Shown here in pieces: positions 39,005 to 50,505 of a stretch of DNA of 64,000 nt. The position numbers were made by a program, and so were the translations under genes. Origin of the DNA: Auanema rhodensis (Eukaryota > Animalia > Nematoda); NCBI GenBank assembly GCA_964057225.1, contig OZ059898.1, positions 7,812,001 to 7,876,000 on the forward strand, read 5' to 3'. Below the pieces are notes generated by a model. The model had not been told where the DNA came from. It saw only the letters and a list, made by a program, of their open reading frames with translations, and did not search any database. Within the stretch, counting starts at the first letter, position 1. Each line of letters opens with the position of its first letter.

Positions 39005-41136
39005 ATGTCAACTCCCTATCGGCACCCTGCTTCAAATGCCAGCAGAGTTAGTTTATTGTTTCAAGTTGTTTTATTTTTATCCGTTTTTAAGGCCTTTCAA
39101 GGAAATAATGATTTTACGTTGAAAGCTCCCAAACCACCAGATCGCCCACTCGTTCCTTATATGCGATACAGTAGGAAAATGTGGCAGAAGGTTTTTTCAT
39201 ATATGATATTGACATAACATTTGCCATGTAGGTGAGGGCAGAAAACCCTGAAGCTCACTTATGGGATATTGGTAAAATAATAGGCCAATTGTGGAGGGAC
39301 GCTCCTGATATTGAAAAACAGGTTTTTCAACAAGAATATGAAATGGAAAAAGTATAAATCTCTATTTAAAATATTCGCGAACGTTCATGCTTTAGGTAGA
39401 ATATGAGAAGGCCATGAAAAACTATCACAATTCCCAGGCCTATCAGCAATATATGAACGCAAAGGTACTTATTTGAGTAGTTTCCTATTTTTTGTGTTTT
39501 ATTAGAATCGAGCTAAAACTAATGAAAAATCATCTCGGGCTCGTGTTGATACAGGTGGCGTTGTAATTCAGCCTGTCGATGATGATGAGACTAATAACGA
39601 ACTTACTAGTAGACGTTTGGCAGCCGTAAGGTTGGTTTTTATTCACGCAACAGGGAATTTTTTTTTTTTTAGATTTGATCGTAATCATAGATTAATAAGT
39701 GAGATTTTTTCTCCTGCCATTGTTAATGATGCTCGCACTGTAAGTGATTTTTAGTCATTGTTACGATAATAATTTGTTTTTTGAGATTGTGATTCAAAGT
39801 CGTATTGATATGCTACGTAACCAGGCAAAATCCTTATCTAATCACCAAGGAAAGCTGGAGGAAGAGCTTGCTAAGTACTTTTTGCAGTAAATTAAAGTTT
39901 CATAAGTTTTTCTAAAATTCAGACTTGAATCTGACTATAACGATAGAAAGCGTATTATATCCAAAAATAGCGAAGAGTTTGCTGAAAATTTGAAAAAGGT
40001 ATTTTATCTTATTATGCTCCTATTTCATTTTTTTTCAGGTTTGCGAGGAGAAACCAAAACTAGATGAAGAGAAATTCAATGAGTTAGTCGATGAATGGAA
40101 TGAAAAGTTGTTGGAAGCTTATGAAGAATATAAAAAGAAGCAAGATGAAATAAGTGCTAAATTAGGTAGTTCTATCATTGGTCACGTTAAGATTTCTTTC
40201 TATTCAGCGGCTGAACGCGAAAAGATGGAAAAAGAAACACCTGTACTGGCTGAATTGGTGATGCGTGATGAGGAGGATTCTGAAAGTGATGGAGCTAAGA
40301 AAGATGATGATGTAGCTGGCAACGAATCAGTCGATTCAGAAAAAAAATCTCCTTCATCGGAGAAAAAATCGCCTGAATCCGAGAAGAAATCTCCAGAATC
40401 TGAGAAGCAATCTCCAGAATCTGAGAAGCAATCTCCAGAATCTGAGAAGCAATCTCCAGAATCTGAGAAGCGATCTCCAGCGCCTATCTCCCCGAAAGAA
40501 AATGTTACTGTTGAGGAGAGCAAATCGCATGTAGAAGAGCAAGAAAAAGAAGATGCTAAAGAGCCTTCTGAAACTTCACCTACAAATAAGTCGGATACAG
40601 CAGAAAAAAATACTGAATCGACGATGGAGGTCGATGATCCTGTAGAAAGTGCTTCTGGCAGCCATTTTACCGAACAAAAGACAGCAGATGCCGTCGAAAA
40701 TGCTGCAAATGTTCCATCTCCAATCGAAACATCTGAGAATTTACAAGATAAAGTTGAGTCTGCAGAATCATCTAAAGAAAACACTCTTACTGAGTCTGTG
40801 GAAACAAATGGTGAATCCACTGAAACTGTTCCGTCCACAGATGAAGCACAAGTTGAAGTTGTGGTTTCCCAGGAGTCCTCCGAAAAACCAGAAAAGGAAG
40901 ATACAGCTGAGATAATGAAGGAGGCGGTTGAGGAAGAACAACAACAAGAAAAGGAAGAAGAGGAGAAGAATCAAAATGAAATGGAAGACAAGAATGAGAA
41001 TGAAAACATGAATGATAAAGTAACAGAGAAGGAGAAAGGAAAGGATCAAAGCGAAGCCAAAGAAGCATCAACCGATGGCACAAAAGAAGAGCCAGCTAAA
41101 ACTGAAACTACGATTAAAGAAGAGGAAGCAGCATAA
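39005..41136 (+). CDS. swsn-3: SWI/SNF subunit BAF57/SMARCE1 (HMG box) with a long acidic C-terminal tail
   Basis: [51 protein letters not shown], coiled coil HQGKLEEEL. Confidence 0.88.
40348..40479 (+). repeat. 21-bp coding tandem repeat, ~6 x SPESEK(K/Q)
   Basis: Near-identical tctccagaatctgagaagcaa units. Confidence 0.9.
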
Positions 41137-41372
41137 TTGCCCTTGCTCTGAACTTAATTTTTTCATCCGTGTATTCGTACTATGCATCTTTAACATCATT
41201 CATCAATCTCTTGCATTGGTTGTAATTTTTTACCCTTATATTTATGTCTCTTTGTTTATAAACAATTTATATGTTTCTTGTTTTTTGATTCGTGTTCCAT
41301 TTCACCAGATATCCCGTTAAAATAGTTCCGTTTTCTGAAGAATTTAAGAATTACAGAGTCGTGTCTATCATT

Positions 41373-42589
41373 ATGAGCACTAATTTAAATAAGGAATGTT
41401 TGAAGAACTTTTTGAAACAACATGAAGAATCAAAGATCGTCTTTATAACGGTAAATCTTTGTTCAATGATGAATCAAAAAATTATTTTAAGAGTGGAGGT
41501 ACTAGAGTTCCACTAGAGAAAAATGCTGTTCGTTTCATTGACAATTTTTCAATGGGAAATCGTGGTGCTGCAAGTGCTGAGTTAGTTTTTTCAACTTGCT
41601 CGGGATTTTACCTGAGATTTTAGATACTTTTTGAGAGCAGGTTATGCTGTGGTCTTTGTCTACAGAGAAGAGTCTTTACAACCTTTTTCTCGAAAATTTC
41701 ATTCACTTTTTGAAAATCTAGAGGTTGAAGATGGAAAGGCTAGTATTGTTTGAAAATAATTGTATAAATGTTAATGCTTACAGGTTGTTTGTGGACTACC
41801 TGGACTATCACAGGCTGTGACTGAGAGTGGCTTATATTCTTCGAAGTTATTGAAAATACCTTTTCAAACTCTTCAACAATATCTTCATCTCTTGGAAACA
41901 GTGGGAATATTTAAAAAGTTATTGTCTTATATTCCTTTCCAGGTTAGTGAAGAACTTGCCCCATATGGCGTAAATGTTTTACTTTATTTGGCCGCTGCGG
42001 TTTCTGATTTTTATGTAACAAGTGAGAAAATGGTTGTTTTGCATTTCTTCTTTTTTTTTGTTTTTTAATTCGGTAACCTCTAGCCTACACATAAAATTCA
42101 ATCCAAGGAAGGCGATTTGAACTTGACTCTTAGTATTGTTCCGAAAACGTTGGACCGCGTTGTGAAGCAGCTTGTTCCCAATGCCTTTGCTGTATCTTTC
42201 AAGGTTATATTAATCATACCAATTTTATAAAAAGATAAGTTTCAGTTGGAGACAGATCCGTCAATTCTGATAGATAAAGCCAGGGGTGCTCTCAATAAAT
42301 ATGGCCATCAATTGGTAAATATAGCAATGTTTGTATACTATTAGAAATTTTTGTTTTCAGGTTATCGCAAATATGCTCGAAACTCGAAAAACAGAAGTTA
42401 CATTTGTAGATAAAGAATCAGCGGTTCCTTTGCGTCTGACAGAGGTGAGCATTTATTTCCTCTATTTTCCTTATAAGAGCTTTACAGGAAGAGGTTCAGG
42501 TGGAAAATGTTGAAATTGAGAAACTGATTGTTGAGAGATTATCCAGATTACATGAGAAGTTCATCTCTGTTAAGAAAACCAAAAATTAA
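41373..42589 (+). CDS. Phosphopantothenate--cysteine ligase (PPCS)
   Basis: [66 protein letters not shown]; stop TAA 42587-42589. Confidence 0.92.
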
Positions 42590-42746
42590 TACTTCATTAC
42601 ATACATTTGTAAAGCTTAATTACATCGCAACATTGAGTTTATATGATATCACAATAGAGAAAAAAGTAGAAAAAAGCATATGGAACATTGGAAAGCAGTA
42701 GTGTATAATAAGTTACGTAACAATAATGATATGACGATTTTTCTTC

Positions 42747-44404
42747 TTAATGCGCGGCTGCCATGTTGTTCTGAAAAGTATTATAAGTATTGTTAAAAAA
42801 AATATTTTTAATAGTAAGTATGTCAGTTCAATCTCGTGCAAACAAGTGTTAATCAGTACACTCTTATTATTGATTCAAATTCCAAACGATAACCTACCCT
42901 TACAAACTCTATAGTATCCTTTAAAATTTGATTGGGTTTTAGCATTAATATAGAAAAGAAAAAACAACCTTCAGATCCCATAAAGCAATAAGTCCATCAG
43001 TAGCGCAAGTTGTAAACTTTAAGACATTTGCCGGATTTCCAGAGTGGGGCAATATTTGGCAAATCATGTTTTGGTGAAGAGTCTTTAGCTGTACATCAAC
43101 TTTATCCGAGCTTGCATTTCTAGATACGAAATAGTTGTTAGAATAAATAAAACATTTAAAACCTGTCAATATTTTTAAACATCTGGAGAGCACTGCTGAC
43201 TGTTGATGCTTTTTTCTCTGAAGGAATATCAAGCTTGCACACTTCTTTCAAGGCATTATTTGAAGTCGTGTACAAAATCGGAGAACAATCATGTCCCTAA
43301 ATAATATATTATAACCGGCATAATAATTAATTAGTTACAGCAGCTACAAGACTATTTTCGGTAACCCAGAAAACTGATGTAAACGGTAAATGAGCTGTTC
43401 TTAACGGGCGGGCAACCGCACTGTCCTAAAACAATATTTCCGATATCAGTTGGTTGATATATGTATAGTTACTTGGTTGGCGTCAACAAAAGTAATAGAT
43501 GAATCATGTCCAACCCAAGCCAAACGACACCCTGAAGCAGAAAAGGCAACGTGGTGAACCTAAAAAATTCAACTACTAGCATACAAAACAACCCTTAAGA
43601 AACTAACCCATCCTCCGCAAGGATATTCAACCATCAACTGACTAAAAGGCATTTTAGAACCCCACGGGTTAGGAGCTGGTTTCTCGTCTACTTCTTTAAT
43701 CCACGCAGAAAATACACGAGTTTTGAAATCACAGGCTCCAACAGCAAGCAAAACATTATTAGGATGCCAATCAATACATAATACAGTTGAGCGAATAAAT
43801 TTTTTGATTTGTTTCGATACCCACCTATATCAAATATTTGAAAACAGTAAAAAAGTAAAAATTACCAGTCGTTCTCTTTTTCATAGTAACAAATTGAAAC
43901 AAGTTTTGAGCCGCTTCCTACAGCGAATTTGTTTTCTAATGGTGACCATTTAACACATGTAGCAGCACGATGAAAGCGAACCTAATAGTTTTAAAAATAT
44001 AGACAAAAAGGGAAATATATCTTACCAGAACAAGCTCTGGCTTCCAATGTCCCTTGTCAAACGTCCAAACAAAAGCATTTTTATCTTGTGAACAAGAAAC
44101 TATTCTGTTAGTATTAGGTGCCCAGTCCAGTCCTGTAAAAAAATAACATAATTTTTCAAAATTTCACAAAAATCCGTACCTGTTACAGGCAAATCGTGCT
44201 CAGTAAGTGTATGAATGTTGACCCAGTCACCATTTTTCCATTCAAAAATGTAAAATTCACTGCTTGAAGCGGACACCGCGATTTCTATTAATTATATTTA
44301 ACAGATATAAGAATAAACAACATACGAGTTCTGTCTTTATTCCATGCATGGCATGTGATCGGTCCAATACCGAGATTCCAATGTTGCACAGGGGAACCAG
44401 CCAT
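42747..44404 (-). CDS. arx-3: Arp2/3 complex subunit 1 (ARPC1, WD40)
   Basis: [54 protein letters not shown]. The last small exon is tentative. Confidence 0.92.
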
Positions 44405-44703
44405 GACTATACTTAAAATACTCAAAACATAAAAATAATAATTTGAACAGAAGAAAAATGAATTCTAACAAAAACAACTTAGTATAAACTAAACATAAAA
44501 ACATCAGCTTTTTAAGAACTAAAATACAGTAAAAATGCACAAAATATCATAATTGTTGTGTTGACATATTGTATTTTGACTAATTCTTTGCGACGGATTT
44601 GCGTTAGAACTGCTGTAAACGGCATACAAGGTCGGGACGTCATCTCGTTAAGTTCGTAGTGTGTACTCTAGCTAATATAACTACTTTTATGATATTCCAC
44701 AAT

Positions 44704-45656
44704 ATGCTTAAAAGGTTTGGTTTTTCTTTAATTGTAAATTAAGCTTGAATAAAGTGCAAAAATGTTTTTCTCTTTCTTTCACTTATCTGGAATCTAGTTG
44801 AGTTGGCGTAATAACCCCTTTGGGCGAGCATGTGATCGCGCGAGCGGCTCTTCATTGAGCTGCAATCAGGGTTTAACATTTTATCCTTTTTCTAAATTGA
44901 TTTCTTTTTATTTAAGTTATTAATTTCAGCTCACAACAATGCCTTTCTTTGGCTCGTATGTTCTTAGCATCTTCTCGTCATATTGGTAACACGTCTGCTT
45001 TATCGGTTAAGAAGAGTGAGTTTGTTGCCTAACTTGTCGTTATAATACTTGTTTTCAAGTCAATGAAACGTCTGTAAATGGAACTACGATTGTCGAAGTA
45101 GTTGAAACTGAAAACAAGCAAACGACTTCTCCCGTTTCGTCCAATCCAGCTTTATGTTCTATGTGCACATGTAATATACCTATCTCATTAAAATACAGGT
45201 GCATTCGTGGAAATTGATATCATACGCTGATTTTAATTTTAGTGACATACTTATTCTGGAACAATTTATGCGTCCAGATGGAACAGTGCTTCCTCGTCAA
45301 TTAACAGGACTATGTAAGAAACAGCAGTTAAAATTAGAAAGGTTTGCAGAATATTTAAAAATTATAATTGTATAATTTTGTAGATGTGTTATGCAAGCAC
45401 ATTGGGCAGGACTGTTTCCTGATAAGACAATTTCAGAGTTTGATCGAGCTGGTTACAAAAGATTTAATAGGTCTGCCAATCATTTATATTCAGATATAAA
45501 AATAAAATAGATGAGCTAAAAAATGTTTGTTTCAGATACTGGAATAATGACATGGATATGTATCGGTTGAATGAAAGAAAGGAACATGGAACTTGGTTTT
45601 ATATCAAACGCTATCCAACCAAAAATCAGCCCATTAAAAGGAGAAGCATGCTTTAG
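44704..45656 (+). CDS. mrps-18A: Mitochondrial ribosomal protein S18A (mL66)
   Basis: CSMC...YSDILILEQFMRPDGTVLPRQLTGLCKKQQ...MQAHWAGLFP; first exon MLK inferred from splice phase; stop TAG 45654-45656. Confidence 0.85.
44781..44881 (+). ncRNA. Candidate intronic structured RNA (H/ACA snoRNA-like)
   Basis: GC-rich island in an oversized 215-nt intron; hairpins ACTTATCTGG/CTAGTTGAGT and AACCC...GCGGCTC/GAGCTGC...GGGTT, then ACA (44876-44878). No clean H box. Confidence 0.3.
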
Positions 45657-45855
45657 AATAAGTAGTAATTTGAATTTATTAGCTTTGTTATATTATTATT
45701 GTTTTTGTTTTTTGTGTAAAAAGTATCTTCATTATGTTATATGCTTTTGTCTGTATTTATTACAGTTATATACCTTGACTTTCAGTTTTTACTTTTATTC
45801 CCTACCTACTGTTTTTAGGCCTTGATAGACTATGTGATTACGCCCAAGCTGTATT

Positions 45856-48800
45856 ATGACTCAAATCGTTGAAGTCATTCGCTTAACCGCTTTGCAATTT
45901 CTTATTATTGGAGCTTTATGTCAAACAATATCTATTCCTACTAATCCATGTCCATATGTTAAAGGTTGTACTTGCCCGGATGATAACACTTATCGTTTGG
46001 AATGTGTCAACATTGGTAATGTAACTTTTAATCTTATAATTACTATCATTGTTTTTAGGCGCAACTGATATTCCAAACATCGAGAGGAATTATCCTCAAA
46101 TATCGACATTATCCATTGTTAACTGGGATGGGCGTTCACGATATCTGGATTTAGATTTGTTCAGTAATATGTCTTTATTACGTGAACTCCGTTTAACTGG
46201 TATAAACCTAAGATAATAAGATAGTTTAACGTCTCATTTCAGATGGCCACATTGCTAAACTGCATTCGAATTCCACATTAAATAATTTGGAACATCTGGA
46301 TTTATCTAATAATTGGCTAGAAAATTTTGATGAAGTATGGGAAACTTTATTTTTTTTAGTTTTTTAATATTTTCAGATATGTTCTATTGTACATTATTTA
46401 CCTTCATTGGATAAATTAATACTTCGAAACAATTATATTAGTGCTACTCATCCATGTGCGGGTGATGTACATGTTACAGTATTAGATTTATATAGAAATA
46501 GAGTAAGAATAACCTGGCACGTTTTCTCATATTTCATTTTTTTTTAGTTGCGTTTAATAAATGGTACGCTTTCTGATCAAATAGAATATTTAGATTTATC
46601 ATCTAATGCTCTTACGTCTATTAATAATATTCCTAAAATGGTTAATCATCTTAGTAAGTTTTGATTATATCAGACTAATTTGTTTACTTTACTTAAGATA
46701 TTTCCTCCAACCCACTTAAAGTTCTTATATTTCCTACTTTGACGAAGCTTAAATTTCTTGATTTGAGCAGAACATCTTTAATAGAGGTTTAAATGACATT
46801 ATTATTCGGCTACTGAAAAATTAATTTTAGTTGCCTTACCTCGATGCACCATTGTTAACTTCCGCTTTCATAAATGATACTACTCTGGAGTTGGCTGATT
46901 TGAACAAATGGCGTACTCCTAATTTGAAAAGGTTTCTACATAGCTTTACATAAAACTATTAAATATTGTTCGTAGAATGGCGTTTTCACCTTCTTACAAC
47001 CTCATGGGCGTTGTTGGTTCATTGCCAGCTCCAGCTAAAGAGTTTGCTGTTTCAAATTCACGTGTAACAGCGTTTCCAATTTCTTTTTTCGCCAGGTTTG
47101 TTATGCCGACAGATGAATATGTAACAATGTTTTTTATAATTCAGGACAAATATGAAAGTTTTGAATGTTTCTAATAACAACTTCGATTGTGATCCATGTG
47201 TCATGTATTGGGCTGTAAATGTAAGGACACTGTTCAAAGGCCAGAGTTCCTGTCAAGTTCCACTCAAGTATATTGCTAACATAATTTATTAAATCTATTT
47301 CATAATTTAAGGTTTAGAAATTGCACAGTGGGAGTTTCGAAAACCCAACCATCTATTGCTACTGTGAAGCATGGGAGGACAGCGTTTATAGCTTGTTCTA
47401 CTTATGGAAATCCACCTCCTACTGTACAATGGTTACTTTTTCTTAGAAATGTTTTCATACTATATATATATATTCAGGTGGAAATATCGACCAGATACTT
47501 ACTTGGGCAAATATGACCCTGTAACCAAGATTGTTAATCGTGATGGCATAAATGAAAACGTTACCGCTAGGTTTTTTAAAAATATTTTTGTTTGTGCTGC
47601 AAAGCTAAAATTTAAAGGTTTTCATTAGTTGGAAATGGTTATCTAAGAATTGAAAATGTTGTCCGGTCTGATGTTGAAAGATATGTTTGTGTTGCTAAAA
47701 ATGACCACGGAACAGCTTGGGGTATAGTAGAGTTGAGGCTCGATTATACGGATTGGTATTCGTTAGATCTTTTCGAAAGTGTTTTCTGGGGAGCATTAGC
47801 TTTTTGTATAGGTAGAAATATGATTAATATTGTTTTAACTATTAATTTTATAGTTCTGTGCGCTTTATCTTTTTTGTTAAATATCACCTGGATTTTAACA
47901 AGAAAAAGCATTTTATGGTGGATTCAAAGGTGTGTATTAAGTCTTTTAATTTTATAAAATATATCTCAGAGCCGAGCGTCTATCCCGTGTTCGTAAAATG
48001 GTCGAAGCTATGGAAAAGTACAGAGTGCGTCAAATGGATTCTCTTCATGATAAGTACGCTAGACGTATACAACTTGTTAGAGATAATTATCATCAGCAAG
48101 TAAATTTACAAATATATTTTTACCTCATTATATGTTAATTTTTATAGGTTGAAGCCCTTCGGGTTTCTTACAGCTCTCAGGCAGAACGTTTCCGTGACTA
48201 TCGTGCTGCTCAAATGGAATCTGTGACTAGTCATTTGGAGAATATACGAGATAACTATCAACAGCAGTTGAACAGAGTGCGAGAATATGGTTCCAGAAGG
48301 GCTGACCAATTGTGGGAAAGCTATGAAAGACAAGTATAGCTTTTTTAATTTGAAATAAATACTTTTTTATTTTAGGTGAATAGAATGAGAACGTTTAGTT
48401 TGCAACACAGATTGAAGATCATGAGACAATATAAAGTTAAACAGCGATATTTGAATAAGTTGCTTGAATCGTTCCAAGACGCTCATAGTCCTGAAGCTCT
48501 GAGAAAACATGTAAGTGGAGGACATGATCTACAATCATTTTTCATCTATTCAGGAAGAAGAAGTTCGAGCTGCGTTAGATTTACCAGAGCCAGAGGTACC
48601 GGAGAGACATCCTCTTTCCCGTTCCTCTTCGTTTTATTCGCTCCCGGAATACGTTTTAGATGATAATGGGCAATTGCGGCCTAGCCCATTAGTTCCTAAT
48701 ATACGGTAATACCTATTCATATTACCTTTATATTCTTATTATTATTTCAGCTTTCCCTTGGATCAAGTTGACTATAACTTCTCAGTACTTCAGTCACCGA

Positions 48801-48868
48801 ATCTAGTGCAGAATGCCACTCTTGGCGAACTCGAAAATTCTGAAAAAACTTGCATTGAACAACAATGA
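45856..48868 (+). CDS. iglr-2: Ig-like and leucine-rich-repeat transmembrane protein (PAQR-2 partner)
   Basis: Signal peptide, LRRs (LEHLDLSNNWL), NNFDCDPC cap, Ig (CSTYGNPPPTVQW...YVCVAKN), TM, and the characteristic tail AERLSRVRKMVEAMEKYRVRQM...QLWESYERQVNRMRTFSLQHRLK. Confidence 0.88.
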
Positions 48869-49262
48869 GCCGTTAAATACATACTGCCAAGCCATGTAAG
48901 CAACATTTTCTTGAAAAGGATCCTTCAATGTTAGTGGTGCTGAACTGTCATTCCTATTGGATACTGTATAAACTCTAATATAATCGTTCTGTTGGCAAAT
49001 TGCAAAACGTCTTCCATTTTCATGAATAGCTATACATCGAAGCCATGAGGTTTTCCTATAAATTTAAAAATAAATTTCCAATAACCAATAAAAATTATAC
49101 CAATCTAATGTATGACCATATTTTTGTAGCAAATCTTCGATCCGCTCATGGGCTAAGGTGGGAAATACTTTAGAAGCTATGAAGGATACACTATTTTGAA
49201 CTTTTAAAATTGCAGTCTGCATCAAAATCAAAAAAGGAATGTTAAATTCAAATTTAAGTAGG

Positions 49263-49273
49263 AAAAACAAAAA
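49263..49273 (-). terminator. Pol III oligo-T terminator of the 5S gene
   Basis: TTTTTGTTTTT on the minus strand at the 5S 3' end; repeated at 49739-49749. Confidence 0.8.
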
Positions 49274-49391
49274 GCTTACGGCACCCGGGATTCCCAAGCC
49301 GTCTCCGATCCAAGTACTAACCGGGCCCAACGTTGCTTGACTTGCCAGATCGGACGGGATGGCGTACTTTCAACGTGGTATGGTCGTAAGC
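49273..49391 (-). rRNA. 5S rRNA gene, intact (119 nt)
   Basis: Minus strand GCTTACGACCATACCACGTTGAAAGTACGCCATCCCGTCCGATCTGGCAAGTCAAGC...AGTACTTGGATCGGAGACGGCTTGGGAATCCCGGGTGCCGTAAGCT, a nematode-type 5S with A and C boxes. Confidence 0.97.
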
Positions 49392-49748
49392 GATGCTATT
49401 CCTCTATTAGTGTATCTAGTATCTACCACCATGCCATGGCTGTGCAACAGCTCTTATCTTTCATCAGTCGATAACTGATTCCCTGCACCTCCGGTAACAA
49501 CGTCGTATATGAGGTTCTGTAGATATCCTCGTACATCGGGGTCGTTAAAAATGTCAAAGAAGCGAGAGTATCTCGGAGACAACTTCTCAGAGAAAGATGG
49601 TCGAGATGTTCACAGAAGCTTTCTGTTCCGAGGCTGACCACGACTCCTCAACTCCTCAATAAGTTCACCTTGCTCTGACGACCAAGATCAGCATGCATCA
49701 AAGTCAAAAAAGGAATGTTAAATTCAAATTTAATTAGGAAAAACAAAA

Positions 49749-49858
49749 AGCTTACGGCACCCGGGATTCCCAAGCCGTCTCCGATCCAAGTACTAACCGG
49801 GCCCAACGTTGCTTGACTTGCCAGATCGGACGGGATGGCGTACTTTCAACGTGGTATG
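49749..49858 (-). rRNA. 5S rRNA gene copy 2, nt 10-119 (interrupted by LTR element)
   Basis: Identical to copy 1 over 110 nt, 476 bp away; ends at TSD GTATG (49854-49858). Confidence 0.96.
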
Positions 49859-50258
49859 TGTCGGCGAATGCCTGACTAGAAATGAAATACAATAATTTAA
49901 CCTAGAAACATAACTCTTCTGAAACTCTAAACCATTGTCTAATAACCTTGTAATTGTATCATTAACCTCTTGCGCAACATTCTTAAAGGATATTGAACTT
50001 TTATCACCTCTATAGTTTACATTGACCTGACCTTTGTATTCAAATATCGAATATCACCTTCAAGCTAAATCATATATAAAGCCCAAGAAACCTTCACTCT
50101 CACTCTTAATTTAATTCTACCACTGAACTTATACCGATCTTATAATAAACCTTTCTCATTTAACTAACTGTTTGGATTCGCCACTAACTCATATTATCCC
50201 CATTAACCGGGGAACAACCGAGTATAGACGCTCGTCATTGGGAACATTGAAAACCAAA
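49859..50258 (+). repeat. 5' LTR (400 bp)
   Basis: TGTCGGCG...AAAACCAAA; TATATAAA 50073-50080; AATAAA 50144-50149; matches 57779-58178 base for base. Confidence 0.97.
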
Positions 50259-50259
50259 T

Positions 50260-50272
50260 TGGTGCAACGACC
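50260..50272 (+). promoter_or_regulatory. Primer binding site, probably tRNA-Gly
   Basis: TGGTGCAACGACC 1 nt after the LTR; near-complementary to the recalled tRNA-Gly(GCC) 3' end ...GGUCGAUGCACCA. Confidence 0.75.
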
Positions 50273-50505
50273 AAACCAGGTATTAATTGTTAGAAACTTT
50301 CTTATCATATTTTTTCCTTTTTTTTCATACTTTCCATCTCACTCTTCTCCACATTTTCCTCCTTTTCATCTCGTTCTCTTTATCAAAAAAAAAAATTTTT
50401 TTTTTTTTATAAACCAACATACTTTAAACAGTTGAAACTGTTCATTTTGCAATCATTCTACTAAGAAATTCCAAAATAATCCACTTTCGACCCGAAAAAG
50501 AAAAA

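Noticed and set aside
40200-40838. 212-aa minus-strand ORF
   Set aside because: Antisense shadow of the repetitive acidic swsn-3 exon.
44808-44880. Telomerase RNA idea (TAACCC plus ACA in an intron)
   Set aside because: Only a 6-nt match, not complementary to the usual nematode TTAGGC repeat, and the intron is short.
49064-49330. 88-aa ORF overlapping the 5S gene
   Set aside because: Spurious translation of rRNA and flanking sequence.
49392-49748. SL1 RNA gene expected in the 5S spacer
   Set aside because: No SL1 exon or Sm site found on either strand.
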